A stretch of 64,000 nucleotides of DNA from Hydrurus foetidus (GCA_900617105.1 UYFQ01000001.1:744001-808000); one strand, 5' to 3'. Shown: positions 30,772 to 41,963, counted from the first letter of the stretch. Translations and numbers: made by a program. The notes: generated by a model from the sequence alone, not told the origin.

Positions 30772-31421
30772 GGCGCACTGGCCTCCAGTGTTTGCAGTTC
30801 AGCCAAGGTGTTGGCGTTGAAGAAGGTGCGGGCGCTGTCGTTGGGCCCGTCGAACGGCACGATGACTGTCTTGTGCTGCGCCGTCCAAGCGTCGATTTTG
30901 CGGCCACCGGCTTGGGTGAATGCAAGCAAACTTATCCTCAGTTCGGCGCGAAGCAGGCAAAAAACGGGCTGCGTGCGCAACTGGCCGTCTTCTTCACGGG
31001 CGGCTGCCATGGCGATATCGGCCTCTTCACGGGCCAGTGCTTGGGCCAAGCGAGCTACCAAATCCGTAGCAAACAACGGGGTATCACAAGGCGTTGTCAC
31101 CATAAAAGGTGTCTTGCACTGCGCCAGACCTGTCAAAAAACCGGCCAATGGCCCAGCGTAGTCAGAGAGCGTGTCGGGCCACACGTCTGCACCGAAAGAG
31201 GCGTACGTGGACAGGTTGCGGTTGGCGTTGAGCATCACATGGCCAACTTGGGGTTGCAGGCGCCGCAGCGTGTGCAGCGCGAGGGGCTGGCCGTTGAAAT
31301 GTTGCAAACCTTTGTCTACGCCACCCATGCGCGAGCCGCGTCCACCAGCGAGGACGAGGCCGGTAATTTCTGAGGAAAGGATGTGGGGATGTTTCGAGGA
31401 TGTAGTCATGCGGTCATCCAC
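30768..31421 (-). CDS. mobA: Molybdenum cofactor guanylyltransferase MobA
   Basis: [31 protein letters not shown]. Confidence 0.95.
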   Translation of the reverse strand: MDDRMTTSSKHPHILSSEITGLVLAGGRGSRMGGVDKGLQHFNGQPLALHTLRRLQPQVGHVMLNANRNLSTYASFGADVWPDTLSDYAGPLAGFLTGLAQCKTPFMVTTPCDTPLFATDLVARLAQALAREEADIAMAAAREEDGQLRTQPVFCLLRAELRISLLAFTQAGGRKIDAWTAQHKTVIVPFDGPNDSARTFFNANTLAELQTLEASAP

Positions 31422-32586
31422 CGATATAGCTCATTTCAACCCGACGGTTTGGCGTGCCAGTGCTCGCATCCGCTGGTAACGAGGCGCGAAGCTGCGAATA
31501 CTGGTCAGCACGGCCTTGCCAGATATGGCCAATGGCGCTGGAAATACCCGCGTCTTCGACCCCTTGGCGCAGCAAGCCACGCAGATCATGGCCGGTGTGG
31601 GCAAAGAGGCAAAGGTAAATTTTGCCCTCAGTAGAGAGCCGTGCGCGGTTGCAGTCGTGGCAAAAGGCTTGGGTGACGCTGCTGATGACTCCGACTTCAC
31701 CGCCGCCATCCTGGTAAGCCCAGCGTTGCGCTGTTTCACCGGGCGATGCGGCTTCCAGCGCACGCAGCGGCCACACGGTTTGCAGGCGTTGGATGACTTC
31801 GGCAGACGGCATCACCTCGTCCATGCGCCAGCCGTTCGTCGCGCCCACGTCCATGTACTCGATGAAGCGCAGGCTTACGTCCGTGCCCTTGAAGTGCCGA
31901 GCCATCGGGATGATTTCATGGTCGTTGGTGCCCCGCTTGACCACCATGTTGACCTTGATGTCGGCCAAGCCAGCAGCCTTGGCTGCATCAATGCCCGCCA
32001 GCACCTCGGCCACGGGGAAATCCACGTCGTTCATGCTGCGGAAAATCACATCGTCCAAGCCGTCCAAGCTGACGGTGACACGGTTCAGACCCGCATCTTT
32101 CAGTGCCTGTGCTTTGCGGGCTAGTAGCGAGCCGTTGGTGGTGAGCGTCAAATCCAGTGGTTGACCGTCTGCTGTGCGCAGTTTGGCGAGCTGGGCGATC
32201 AGCACCTCGATGTTTTTGCGCAGCAGGGGTTCTCCGCCCGTTAGCCTTATCTTGCGTACACCGTGCGCTACGAAAAGCCTAGCAAGCCGGGTGATTTCTT
32301 CAAAACTCAGCAGGCTGGCCTGGGGCAGGTAGGCGTGGTCTTTGTCGAAAACCTCTTTGGGCATGCAGTAGCTGCAGCGAAAGTTGCACCTGTCAGTGAC
32401 GCTGATGCGCAGATCGCGCAGGGGGCGGGCGAGTTGGTCAGTCAGCAGGCCGGTGGGGGCGATGCCGTGGCTGGCAAGGCGGGAGGCGCTGCGGTGGTCG
32501 ATGAGGGGGATGACGACGGGGCGCTGAGTGGCCGTTTTGTGGGCAGTTTTTGGGGCGTTCATAGGGGGCAATGTGGGCTGCTTCAA
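31414..32586 (-). CDS. moaA: GTP 3',8-cyclase MoaA
   Basis: [28 protein letters not shown]...CLF, MSYIGG; start at 32586 (TTG) or 32562 (ATG). Confidence 0.96.
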   Translation of the reverse strand: MKQPTLPPMNAPKTAHKTATQRPVVIPLIDHRSASRLASHGIAPTGLLTDQLARPLRDLRISVTDRCNFRCSYCMPKEVFDKDHAYLPQASLLSFEEITRLARLFVAHGVRKIRLTGGEPLLRKNIEVLIAQLAKLRTADGQPLDLTLTTNGSLLARKAQALKDAGLNRVTVSLDGLDDVIFRSMNDVDFPVAEVLAGIDAAKAAGLADIKVNMVVKRGTNDHEIIPMARHFKGTDVSLRFIEYMDVGATNGWRMDEVMPSAEVIQRLQTVWPLRALEAASPGETAQRWAYQDGGGEVGVISSVTQAFCHDCNRARLSTEGKIYLCLFAHTGHDLRGLLRQGVEDAGISSAIGHIWQGRADQYSQLRASLPADASTGTPNRRVEMSYIGG

Positions 32587-32978
32587 GGCAGTGCCGAAAC
32601 AATATCCGTTTGGGCGAAATCATTGCCTTTGTAGAGCAAGGGCAGGCCGAGTGCTTTGGCTGTGGCGTATGAGCAGCAGTCGCCAAAATTGAGCCCCGCA
32701 GGGTGATAGCCTTTGCCGTAGCTCACAAACGCGGCAATGGCCAACTCCGCCATGCGAGGGGTAAACGCCTCGACAACGAGACCGCCACTTGAAAGCACAT
32801 CATGGAGGCGCTGGGTATAACTGCTGCCCAGCCTAGAACGCAGCACCATGGCGCATTCCAGGTGCGCCGGTGCAGGCAGCAAATTTTGGGGGTTATTGGC
32901 CAGCTTTGTTACAAACTGCATGGCGTCTGGTTCACCCAGCGCAATACATACGATGACTGAACTATCTACCACCATCAT
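32583..32978 (-). CDS. vapC: Type II toxin, VapC/PIN domain
   Basis: [36 protein letters not shown]. Confidence 0.92.
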   Translation of the reverse strand: MMVVDSSVIVCIALGEPDAMQFVTKLANNPQNLLPAPAHLECAMVLRSRLGSSYTQRLHDVLSSGGLVVEAFTPRMAELAIAAFVSYGKGYHPAGLNFGDCCSYATAKALGLPLLYKGNDFAQTDIVSALP

Positions 32979-33253
32979 GTGGGGATACCGTGCTCGTCAT
33001 AGCCTAGGATTTCATCCTCGCTACGGGTGTCCAGCACAGGCTCTTTGCGTGCCGCGTCCACAATCGCCATCAATGCGTTGAAGCGAGTTTGGCGCACATC
33101 AGACGGTGGCTCTGGCGCAAACACCGCCAAGGCTTGCTCAATCAACACCAGCGCTTGCTTGTTGATGGAGCGGTGATTGGCCGCAGCCACGCTGCGCAGG
33201 CGGGTTTGCAGGGGTTCGGGGAGTCGGAGTGTGATGGCGTTCATGGTTGTCAT
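32975..33253 (-). CDS. vapB: Type II antitoxin (Arc/FitA-like ribbon-helix-helix, VapB-type)
   Basis: ITLRLPE...AAANHRSINK RHH; C-terminal DEILGYDEHGIP; ATGA overlap with vapC. Confidence 0.8.
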   Translation of the reverse strand: MTTMNAITLRLPEPLQTRLRSVAAANHRSINKQALVLIEQALAVFAPEPPSDVRQTRFNALMAIVDAARKEPVLDTRSEDEILGYDEHGIPT

Positions 33254-33297
33254 TATGAATCAATGTGCATCATTTCGATTCTTTGTGTTTTGAAATC

Positions 33298-34059
33298 TCA
33301 AACGCACCGCGCCCCGTCCACCTCAATGCACACACCGCTGATGAACGCCGCCTCATCGCTTGCCAAGTACAGCGCCGCGTTCGCCACGTCCAGCGCTGTG
33401 GAAAAGCGTCCCAGTGGGATGCTGGCGCGGAACTTGGCTTTGCGGTCTTCGTCGAGCGGGCCACCAGCGAACGCGGTTGAAAGGCCGGTTTCGGGGTTGA
33501 ACACTGGGTTGATGCAGTTCACGCGGATGTTGTCTGGCCCCAGCTCTGCGGCCAGAGATTTGCTGGTGATGATGACTGCGCCTTTGCTGCCGTTGTACCA
33601 AGTCAAACCAGGGCGAGGGCGCACACCGGCGGTGGAGGCAATATTGATGAAGCTGCCGCCCCCGCCAGCACGGAACACCGGCACGGCATGGACCGTGGCC
33701 AAGTAGATGCTTTTCACGTTGACGGCGTAGCACTTGTCGAATTCGTCTTCGCTGACCTCCAGGGCAGGGCGGTTGCGGTGCGTCCAGCCCGCGTTGTTGA
33801 CCATCACGTCCAACTTGCCGTAACGCGCTACAGCGGCGGCCACCAGGGCTTGCACGTCAGCGGTTTTCGTCACGTCTGCTGCAAAAAAAGAAGCAATGCC
33901 CCCAGCAGCCACAATCTCTGCCGCCACTTTTTCGCCCAACTCGGCGTTGACGTCGTTCACGATGATTTGTGCGCCTTCTGCGGCGAGCCGTTTGGCAATG
34001 CCTTCGCCAATGCCCCCACCAGAGCCGGTGACGATGATGGATTTAGAGAGAACGCGCAT
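33298..34059 (-). CDS. Short-chain dehydrogenase/reductase (FabG-like)
   Basis: TGSGGGIG, NNAG, RPRPGLTWYNGSK. Confidence 0.9.
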   Translation of the reverse strand: MRVLSKSIIVTGSGGGIGEGIAKRLAAEGAQIIVNDVNAELGEKVAAEIVAAGGIASFFAADVTKTADVQALVAAAVARYGKLDVMVNNAGWTHRNRPALEVSEDEFDKCYAVNVKSIYLATVHAVPVFRAGGGGSFINIASTAGVRPRPGLTWYNGSKGAVIITSKSLAAELGPDNIRVNCINPVFNPETGLSTAFAGGPLDEDRKAKFRASIPLGRFSTALDVANAALYLASDEAAFISGVCIEVDGARCV

Positions 34060-34169
34060 GGGGAAATCCTTTTTTGTAGCAGAGTTATCCGCTGATATTA
34101 AAGGGAAGTTCGGTTTGGTGCTGTCCTGTCATGTACGGCAAAGTACAATCTTGTTTTTGGAGCTATACC

Positions 34170-35639
34170 ATGCGTCTTTTAGGCAAAGCGCTCACCTTCG
34201 ACGATATTTTGTTGGTGCCAGCGTTCTCCCATGTCCTTCCCAAGGACACTTCTCTTCAAACCCAGTTCTCGCGCAACATCAGTCTGAATCTGCCTTTGGT
34301 CTCAGCCGCGATGGACACCGTCACCGAAGCACGCTTGGCCATTGCCATCGCTCAAGAGGGCGGCATCGGGATTGTGCATAAAAACCTGACCATCAAGCAG
34401 CAGGCCGCCGAGGTGGCGCGCGTGAAGCGCTATGAGTCTGGCGTGCTGCGTGACCCGGTGGTGATTACCCCGTCGCACACCGTGCGGCAGGTGATCGACA
34501 TGTCCGAGCAATTGGGCATTTCAGGCTTTCCGGTGATTGATGCGGGCAAAGTCGTCGGCATTGTGACTGGGCGTGATTTGCGCTTTGAGACCCGTTATGA
34601 CGTGCCCGTCAGCGAAATCATGACACCGCGCGACAAGCTCATCACCGTACCCGATGGCACCACGCTGCTCGAAGCCAAAGCGCTGCTGAACAAATTCAAG
34701 CTAGAGCGTTTGCTGGTGATTGACGACAGCTTCACGCTCAAAGGCTTGATTACCGTTAAAGACATCACCAAGCAAACCAGCTTCCCCAATGCCGCACGCG
34801 ATGCCTCAGGCCGCTTGCGCGTGGGTGCCGCTGTGGGCGTGGGCGAGGGCACTGAAGAACGGGTAGAAGCACTGGCCAGGGCTGGTGTGGATGCTATCGT
34901 TGTTGATACCGCCCACGGCCACAGCCACGGCGTGATCGAACGCGTGCGCTGGGTCAAGCAAAACTACCCCCACATCGACGTGGTGGGCGGCAACATCGCC
35001 ACCGGCGCGGCGGCTTTGGCGCTGGCCGAAGCGGGTGCGGATGCCGTCAAAGTGGGCATCGGCCCTGGCTCCATCTGCACCACCCGCATCGTGGCCGGCG
35101 TGGGCGTGCCCCAAATCATGGCGATTGACAGCGTGGCGACAGCGTTGCTGGGTTCCGGCGTGCCGTTGATTGCTGACGGCGGTATCCGCTTCAGTGGTGA
35201 CATCGCCAAAGCCATCGCCGCCGGTGCCAGCACCGTGATGATGGGCGGCATGTTCGCCGGCACCGAAGAAGCACCCGGCGAAGTTGTGTTGTTCCAGGGC
35301 CGCAGCTACAAGAGCTACCGGGGCATGGGCAGCATTGGTGCGATGCAACAGGGCAGTGCAGACAGGTACTTCCAAGAAGTCACCACCGGCAACCCGAATG
35401 CGGACAAGCTGGTGCCCGAAGGTATCGAAGGCCGTGTGCCGTACAAAGGTTCTATGGTCTCCATCGTGTTCCAAATGGCCGGTGGCGTGCGTGCCAGCAT
35501 GGGCTACTGCGGTTGCGCCACGATCAAAGACATGCAAGACAAGGCTGAGTTTGTGGAAATCACCACCGCAGGCATCCGCGAAAGCCATGTCCATGACGTG
35601 CAAATCACCAAAGAAGCGCCTAACTACCGGGCCGAGTAG
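34170..35639 (+). CDS. guaB: IMP dehydrogenase
   Basis: [21 protein letters not shown] pair, [19 protein letters not shown]. Confidence 0.98.
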   Translation: MRLLGKALTFDDILLVPAFSHVLPKDTSLQTQFSRNISLNLPLVSAAMDTVTEARLAIAIAQEGGIGIVHKNLTIKQQAAEVARVKRYESGVLRDPVVITPSHTVRQVIDMSEQLGISGFPVIDAGKVVGIVTGRDLRFETRYDVPVSEIMTPRDKLITVPDGTTLLEAKALLNKFKLERLLVIDDSFTLKGLITVKDITKQTSFPNAARDASGRLRVGAAVGVGEGTEERVEALARAGVDAIVVDTAHGHSHGVIERVRWVKQNYPHIDVVGGNIATGAAALALAEAGADAVKVGIGPGSICTTRIVAGVGVPQIMAIDSVATALLGSGVPLIADGGIRFSGDIAKAIAAGASTVMMGGMFAGTEEAPGEVVLFQGRSYKSYRGMGSIGAMQQGSADRYFQEVTTGNPNADKLVPEGIEGRVPYKGSMVSIVFQMAGGVRASMGYCGCATIKDMQDKAEFVEITTAGIRESHVHDVQITKEAPNYRAE

Positions 35640-35699
35640 CGTGAAATGAAATTCAGGTCTCATTGTTGACCTGTGCAGCCATGGTCAGTTTATATAAAA

Positions 35700-38096
35700 A
35701 TGGATATTAGCGCCGTGAGCAAACAATTTCGGTTCGGATTAAGCGTAGTTTTGTTTACCATTTTTCAGGTTCTTGCGGCTTGTTCTGGTAGCAGTGATAG
35801 CGCATCTACAGCGTTAATGCCATCCACCCCAACGCCTGTGACGCCAGCACCTGACGGTCGATCTCTTCAGGTGCTGGGAGCGCCATTCAACGCCAATATG
35901 GTTCTCACCACCTCTTGTGCCGCAGGGGATGCTCCCGCGAAGGAAACTTCAGCGATGGCATCGCGTTATCCGTTATCAACCAACGTATTTCGGGGGTGGG
36001 GTTCGTACGCCAGTAGCCGTTATTTCGATCCTGTGCGAATGCGTTCAGACGGCGCAGGTGGTTATGTCGTGACACACCAAACCGATGTCAATGGCGCCAT
36101 GTTTAAAGTTGACAGCCAAGGTAACAAAACGGTGCTTCCGCTGCCTTACCCGTCTGCGTTTGATGTGTCTCCTGATGGCGCGATTTGGTTTGTGCACAAT
36201 GGCGTGCTGTCTGTGGGGCGTGCTGACGGCACGGTAACAGCCTTGGCAAATGAGGCCGGTGCTACGGCCTATGTTGACGGGGTGCTAGGGGCAACACCTC
36301 TTGGGAAAATTGGACTGATTGCTGCGGGAAAAGACAAAGTCTATCTTTTGATCGAAGAATCTACGCCCAATTACAACCGATTAGGCCTGCCGCTATTGAA
36401 CCGTAGTTTACGGATTTTGACCCGCTCGGCCCAAGTTGGATGGACTGTGCAGACAGTGTCATTTTTTGCAAGCTTAGCAGGTGATGATGTCATTTCGTCC
36501 ATGAAAGTCGGCCCTGCGAATGAACTTGTACTGTTACTCAATCAGCCGTTCAATCAGTTGGTTTCAAAGACACTTTCACCTACTGGAATTACGCTCAGCG
36601 TAGAAGACTACAACTACGAGTATCTGGGTCAGTCTGCAGTGTGGGTTATGCCAATTTTGGGGAATTGGACATTGCTTGGCGCTAAAACCTTTCCACTTGC
36701 AGTGAGTACGGTATCGCCGCATAGTTATAAACACTACAGCTACGCTTTTGACGCAGCCGATCTGAGTATTGCACCGAATGGAACAATTTGGCTGGGTGGA
36801 GCTGGTGCTATTTATACCGTTGACAATATCAGCGGCTGGCGCTTGTTTGAAGGCTCAGCACAACACCCCAGAGATGATGTTGGGCGTGATGGGTCAACAG
36901 CGACGGCCACTTTTGCAAACGCTGGGCAACTTGTTGCTGATGCCAAGGGAGTGACGTTTTATGACGGTGAAACTTGCCAGATTCGCCGCTTGGAAAGCGC
37001 TCAGCTCAAGTCTATTTCAGGGCCCGTTTTGAGCCCCATAAACTTTACTGGCGCTGCATTAATAGGCACGAACAACCAAGGTGAACTTCTTTTTTCTTAT
37101 GGAGATGAGCCAAAGGTACAGCTGCAGCAATTAAACGGTGATGTCATACGGTACGGTCTAGGTAAAGTAAACCTGAGCGACCCGCAGTTTGCAGCCTCTA
37201 AACTCAGATCTTTGGCGGGCCACCTGGGTGAACCGTATTGCAGTTATGGCACCAGCTATTGGGCGGGCTCACCATCGTGCAGTGGTTACTCGCTTAACAA
37301 TTTTGCAGCCGATGGGCAGTGGGTAAGTCAAGGCCCCACAGGGCTGATCTCCAATCAGAGCGCTAATGTTTATCAAGGGCAAGAGATGGGCATTGGTTCC
37401 GTGGTCAGTGTCACTTCCAACTGGCCGGGTGTACTCAAGGGCTTCAATCTTTCCGGCCATCAGATATCTAGTCATATTCTTGGGCGGGAACTGTATGTGT
37501 TTGGAGTGGTTCGTACTGATCCGGCAATAGATATTGCCGCTGGCATCTACGCAGAGAACAGGCTCTACAAAGTTGATCTTATGACCGGCATTGCTACGGT
37601 TGTCGCTGCTAAATCGCTGCCTTCGACCAGCTTTTTAGGTCGATATATTGACTTGACACCCGTGTTTCCTGTACTTGGTGTAGGCTCTCCCTATGTTCAG
37701 CGACGCAGTGATGGTCAATATTGGTTGAGCAATGGCAACGAAGTTTGGATTCTTGATACCGCAGGAATCCTAAAACGTATCGCTGGAGTTGCAGAGTCAA
37801 GCAGCGCTGTAGATGGGGCTGGTCGCGCAGCAAGATTTTCCATGATCAGCAGTATCCGCGTGTTGCCTGACAACCGCCTTTTAGTGGTCGACCAAGGTGC
37901 CCACGCGATTCGAATGGTGAGTGACGGCGGCGATGTGACTACGGTTGTCGGCAGGTTAAATCAACCTGGGTTAATCGCCGGCGCATTACCTGCAAGCCTG
38001 GACAATCCTGTCAGTGTGTTCCCAATAGGCAAAGATATCTACATTGCCACAAAAACGGCGCGCAACTTGTTATTGGCTAAAAGTGCATTGCAATGA
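35700..38096 (+). CDS. Large predicted lipoprotein with NHL / beta-propeller-like repeats
   Basis: Lipobox LAAC-SGS; repeats such as DG.G.AARFS...LLVVDQGAHAIRMVS..G.VTTVVG; more AT-rich than neighbours. Confidence 0.7.
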   Translation: MDISAVSKQFRFGLSVVLFTIFQVLAACSGSSDSASTALMPSTPTPVTPAPDGRSLQVLGAPFNANMVLTTSCAAGDAPAKETSAMASRYPLSTNVFRGWGSYASSRYFDPVRMRSDGAGGYVVTHQTDVNGAMFKVDSQGNKTVLPLPYPSAFDVSPDGAIWFVHNGVLSVGRADGTVTALANEAGATAYVDGVLGATPLGKIGLIAAGKDKVYLLIEESTPNYNRLGLPLLNRSLRILTRSAQVGWTVQTVSFFASLAGDDVISSMKVGPANELVLLLNQPFNQLVSKTLSPTGITLSVEDYNYEYLGQSAVWVMPILGNWTLLGAKTFPLAVSTVSPHSYKHYSYAFDAADLSIAPNGTIWLGGAGAIYTVDNISGWRLFEGSAQHPRDDVGRDGSTATATFANAGQLVADAKGVTFYDGETCQIRRLESAQLKSISGPVLSPINFTGAALIGTNNQGELLFSYGDEPKVQLQQLNGDVIRYGLGKVNLSDPQFAASKLRSLAGHLGEPYCSYGTSYWAGSPSCSGYSLNNFAADGQWVSQGPTGLISNQSANVYQGQEMGIGSVVSVTSNWPGVLKGFNLSGHQISSHILGRELYVFGVVRTDPAIDIAAGIYAENRLYKVDLMTGIATVVAAKSLPSTSFLGRYIDLTPVFPVLGVGSPYVQRRSDGQYWLSNGNEVWILDTAGILKRIAGVAESSSAVDGAGRAARFSMISSIRVLPDNRLLVVDQGAHAIRMVSDGGDVTTVVGRLNQPGLIAGALPASLDNPVSVFPIGKDIYIATKTARNLLLAKSALQ

Positions 38097-38154
38097 AGAC
38101 AAGGCTGTGTTTGTGCAAATCACCAAGGAAGCGCCTAACTACCGGGCCGAGTAA
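38096..38154 (+). pseudogene. Decayed duplicate of the guaB 3' end
   Basis: 38113-38153 matches 35598-35638 at 40/41 nt; 38096-38112 matches 35536-35552 with one mismatch; the 45 bp between them is deleted. Confidence 0.9.
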
Positions 38155-38157
38155 ACC

Positions 38158-38664
38158 GTGAGTGTGCCTGCTCAGGTAAGCCCCCCCAAGATAGCGGTGG
38201 TGGCAGGGCTGTTGGTTGCTCTGTTGACTGCCCTGACCGTTGGTGTGGTGCGCGAATACAACCGCGAAGCTGCCAGCGTGGTGCAGGGGCAGCAACTGTT
38301 TGAAGCCACTGCTGATACACCGATGCTGCTGCGGGGGCGCTTGGCAGGCCATGACGAGGATTTGCCAGTGGCCGCCACCCGCTGTGCCAATTGCCATGTG
38401 GCTGGGCCAGCGGCGAAGGGGGCTCAGATCTTGGTGCAAGACTCCAACCGCTTTGGCCCTGCGCTGAATGCCGCGTGGCTGACCCAAGCCCAATCGCGTC
38501 GCGGTGGCCCCCCATCTGTTTACAGTGTGCAAGCCTTTTGCAAATTGCTGCGCGATGGCACTGATCCGGCCTGGGTCTTGGTCAATCAAGCCATGCCGCA
38601 TTACGCCGTGACCGATGCCCAATGCGATCAAGTATGGGCTTATGTTAACCGGAGAACGCCATGA
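38158..38664 (+). CDS. Membrane-anchored mono-haem c-type cytochrome
   Basis: N-terminal TM, CANCH haem motif, distal MPHY (candidate Met ligand). Confidence 0.75.
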   Translation: MSVPAQVSPPKIAVVAGLLVALLTALTVGVVREYNREAASVVQGQQLFEATADTPMLLRGRLAGHDEDLPVAATRCANCHVAGPAAKGAQILVQDSNRFGPALNAAWLTQAQSRRGGPPSVYSVQAFCKLLRDGTDPAWVLVNQAMPHYAVTDAQCDQVWAYVNRRTP

Positions 38665-39269
38665 TGTTATGCCGTCCCTCGCCCCCGTTTTCGCGTCGCG
38701 ACATGCTGCAAGCCGCCAGTGCTGCCGCATTGACCTGCGCCATGCCTTTGCCAGTCAGCGCACACAATGCCGTTGGACTGGTAAAGCCCCCTGTCGCCCC
38801 GCCTGCCACCTTGTTGCAGCTGCACGATGGCCGTAAAACTACCCTGCAAGACCTGCTCAAAGGCAAAGTGACTGTCTTGCAACTGATGTTCACTGGGTGC
38901 AGTGCGACCTGCCCCATCCAGGGCGCGCTGTTTGCTTCTACTCAACAAAAACTCGCTGCACTGGTGCCAGCCATCCCTGGCGCACAGATGGTGTCGATCA
39001 GCATTGACCCGCTCAATGACGACCCCAAGGCCTTAGCGGCATGGCTACAGCGCTTTGGCGCTGGCCCGCAGTGGCTGGCGGGCGTGCCTGCCATGAAAGA
39101 TGTAGACCCGTGGCTCGATTTTTTACAGGGCCGCAACAAGGGTGTAGACCGCCACACCGCGCAGGTGTATTGCTTCAATCGGCGTGGCCAACTCGCCTTG
39201 CGCACGGTGGATTTTCCACCAGCTCTTGAAGTGGTCAAGCTGCTCCAGGGTTTGGCCGATTTGGGCTGA
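38661..39269 (+). CDS. SCO1/SenC family copper-binding protein with Tat signal
   Basis: SRRDML twin-arginine signal, FTGCSATCP (CxxxC), SISIDP, conserved His in HTAQVY. Confidence 0.85.
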   Translation: MMLCRPSPPFSRRDMLQAASAAALTCAMPLPVSAHNAVGLVKPPVAPPATLLQLHDGRKTTLQDLLKGKVTVLQLMFTGCSATCPIQGALFASTQQKLAALVPAIPGAQMVSISIDPLNDDPKALAAWLQRFGAGPQWLAGVPAMKDVDPWLDFLQGRNKGVDRHTAQVYCFNRRGQLALRTVDFPPALEVVKLLQGLADLG

Positions 39270-39391
39270 TTCAGGGTGATACATACGTCACACATTGGTG
39301 TTTGATTTGCACACCGTAACACCATCGCTTAACTTGCTGTCACCTCCCCGGTGTACAACACAGCCTTCCTTAACTGCAACTGGAGTCCTCA

Positions 39392-39886
39392 ATGGGCATG
39401 ATTTCTTTTCTCAAAGAAGCTGGCGAAAAATTGTTTCACCGCACCCCTGATGTGGCCGCTGCCATCGCTGAACCCAGCAACGAAGAAAAAGCCGCAGCCG
39501 CTAACGTTGCAGCGTCTGACGCCATCAAAACCTACATCCGCGCTCAAGGCCTGCCAGCGGACGACCTGACCATTGCCTTTAACGGTGCCGACCAAATCGT
39601 GACCGTCTCGGGTTTGGTTGCCAACCAAGAAATCCGCGAAAAAATCGTGGTCTGCTGCGGTAACGTCCACAGCGTAGCCGGTGTTGCCGATGAAATGCAA
39701 ACCAGTGAACCCGCTGACGAATCCACCTACCACACTGTGGTCAGCGGTGACAACCTCTCCAAAATCGCCAAAGCTGTCTACGGCGATGCCAACAAATACC
39801 CGTTGATTTTTGAAGCCAACAAGCCCATGCTGAGCAGCCCTGACAAGATTTATCCCGGCCAAGTGCTGCGTTGCCCCGCTGCTTGA
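39392..39886 (+). CDS. BON-LysM protein (Kbp/YgaU family)
   Basis: MGMISFLKEAGEKLF, HTVVSGDNLSKIAK, IFEANKPMLSSPDKIYPGQVLR. Confidence 0.92.
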   Translation: MGMISFLKEAGEKLFHRTPDVAAAIAEPSNEEKAAAANVAASDAIKTYIRAQGLPADDLTIAFNGADQIVTVSGLVANQEIREKIVVCCGNVHSVAGVADEMQTSEPADESTYHTVVSGDNLSKIAKAVYGDANKYPLIFEANKPMLSSPDKIYPGQVLRCPAA

Positions 39887-39914
39887 TATAAACCGACTCA
39901 GTCTCTGAGAAAAT

Positions 39915-39950
39915 ACGGGCCAGTTAACCACTGGCCCGTTTTGCTTTTTG
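39915..39950 (+). terminator. Intrinsic terminator after the LysM gene
   Basis: ACGGGCCAGT-TAACC-ACTGGCCCGT followed by TTTGCTTTTT. Confidence 0.75.
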
Positions 39951-39964
39951 ACCCTTGCCTTGAT

Positions 39965-41584
39965 ATGTCCTCTATGCACCAAAAGATCCTCATCCTCGAT
40001 TTCGGCTCCCAAGTCACCCAGCTGATCGCCCGTCGCGTGCGCGAAGCCCAAGTGTTTTGTGAAGTCCACCCCTGCGACGTTACTGAAGATTGGGTGCGTG
40101 CCTATGCCGCTGATGGCAATTTAAAGGGCATCATCCTTTCGGGCAGCCACGCCAGCCTGTGGGAAGACGAAACCTTGCGTGCGCCGCAGGTGGTTTTCGA
40201 GCTTGGGATTCCGGTATTGGGGATTTGTTTTGGTATGTACGCCATCGCTGCAGCGCTGGGTGGCAAGGTTGAAGGAGGGCATAAGCGCGAGTTTGGCCAT
40301 GCCGAGTTGCGTGCACGCGGCCATACCGCACTGTTCGAGGGCATTCAAGACTTCACCAATGCCGATGGGCACGGCATGTTGAATGTGTGGATGAGTCATG
40401 GCGATAACGTCACAGAAATGCCACCCGGCTTCAAACTCATGGCCAGCACCAGCAGTTGCGCCATCGCTGGCATGGCCGACGAAGTGCGTAAGTTCTATGC
40501 TGTGCAGTTCCACCCCGAAGTCACCCACACCACGCAAGGGCAAGCCTTGTTGAATCGCTTTGTTCTGGACATCTGTGGAACCCGGCCCGACTGGATCATG
40601 GGCGACTACATCAACGAAGCCGTAGCCCATATACGCGCTCAGGTGGGCGACGAAGAGGTCATTCTGGGTTTGTCAGGAGGGGTCGATTCGTCGGTGGCTG
40701 CAGCCTTGATTCATCGCGCGATTGGCGATCAGCTGACCTGCGTGTTCGTGGACCACGGCCTGCTGCGCCTGAATGAAGGCGACATGGTGATGGAGATGTT
40801 TGTTGGCAAGCTCAATGCCAAGGTCATCCGCGCTGATGCCAGCGATCTGTTCCTGGGCAAGCTGGCCGGTGTCAGCGACCCGGAAGCCAAGCGCAAGATC
40901 ATCGGCGGCGAGTTCGTCACCGTGTTCAAGCAAGAGGCCGCCAAGCTCAAAGGCGAGGGCGCCAAAGGTGCTAAATGGCTGGCCCAAGGCACGATTTACC
41001 CTGATGTGATCGAGTCCGGCGGTGCCAAAAGCAAAAAAGCCGTCACCATCAAGAGCCACCACAATGTCGGTGGTCTGCCTGCAGAACTGGGTTTAAAGCT
41101 TTTGGAACCCCTGCGCGAACTGTTCAAAGACGAGGTGCGTGAACTCGGCGTAGCACTTGGCTTGCCGCATGACATGGTTTACCGCCATCCGTTCCCCGGC
41201 CCCGGTTTGGGTGTGCGCATTTTGGGTGAAGTGAAAAAGGAATACGCCGATTTGCTGCGCCGGGCCGATGCGATCTTCATTGAAGAGTTGCACAACTTCA
41301 AAGACGCAGCCACGGGCAAAACCTGGTACCAACTGACCAGCCAAGCCTTTACCGTGTTTTTGCCCGTTAAAAGCGTAGGCGTGATGGGCGATGGCCGCAC
41401 CTACGATTACGTGGTAGCTCTGCGTGCCGTACAAACCAGCGATTTCATGACCGCTGACTGGGCTGAACTGCCTTACGCATTGCTCAAAAAGGTGTCTGGC
41501 CGCATCATCAATGAAGTGCGCGGTATCAACCGCGTGACTTACGATGTGTCGAGCAAGCCACCAGCTACGATTGAGTGGGAGTAG
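39965..41584 (+). CDS. guaA: GMP synthase (glutamine-hydrolysing)
   Basis: [42 protein letters not shown]. Confidence 0.98.
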   Translation: MSSMHQKILILDFGSQVTQLIARRVREAQVFCEVHPCDVTEDWVRAYAADGNLKGIILSGSHASLWEDETLRAPQVVFELGIPVLGICFGMYAIAAALGGKVEGGHKREFGHAELRARGHTALFEGIQDFTNADGHGMLNVWMSHGDNVTEMPPGFKLMASTSSCAIAGMADEVRKFYAVQFHPEVTHTTQGQALLNRFVLDICGTRPDWIMGDYINEAVAHIRAQVGDEEVILGLSGGVDSSVAAALIHRAIGDQLTCVFVDHGLLRLNEGDMVMEMFVGKLNAKVIRADASDLFLGKLAGVSDPEAKRKIIGGEFVTVFKQEAAKLKGEGAKGAKWLAQGTIYPDVIESGGAKSKKAVTIKSHHNVGGLPAELGLKLLEPLRELFKDEVRELGVALGLPHDMVYRHPFPGPGLGVRILGEVKKEYADLLRRADAIFIEELHNFKDAATGKTWYQLTSQAFTVFLPVKSVGVMGDGRTYDYVVALRAVQTSDFMTADWAELPYALLKKVSGRIINEVRGINRVTYDVSSKPPATIEWE

Positions 41585-41894
41585 GGCTGTATTCGGTGCC
41601 TTATTTTCGGGCTAGCGTGTATCTGCGAACTCCTGCACCAGCGCGTCAATAAGTGCCCTGACGCTTTTGGAGATTGACGCTCCGCCTTGATAAACCACAT
41701 GAATTGCGCTTGCCGTGTGAGAGAACGGCGTCAACAGCTCTCTCTAAAGTGAACCCCAATTTTGGCAAATTTCCGAGTGTGTCCAAGCTGGAAACTGTCA
41801 AAGACAGTGAGTTTCAAATGAGCGAAACAAAAAATCGCAAGCTATCAGAGCCGTGATTGCATGCAGCTTGCTATCGCCACAGGTGGTGTTTGAC

Positions 41895-41937
41895 TTGACA
41901 GTTTTTAGGAATCCCCTTAGATTACTAACCAGTCAGT
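41895..41937 (+). promoter_or_regulatory. Sigma70 promoter and adjacent TetR-like operator of the RND operon
   Basis: TTGACA (41895)-17 bp-TAGATT (41918), followed by the imperfect palindrome ACTAACCAGTCAGT. Confidence 0.65.
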
Positions 41938-41963
41938 CATTAAATTATTTCGTGGATTTCCGA

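Noticed and set aside
32554..33244. ATGAACGCC shared by the antitoxin and moaA start regions as a target-site duplication
   Set aside because: Only 9 nt, including an ATG, so chance is plausible; it needs an empty-site comparison.
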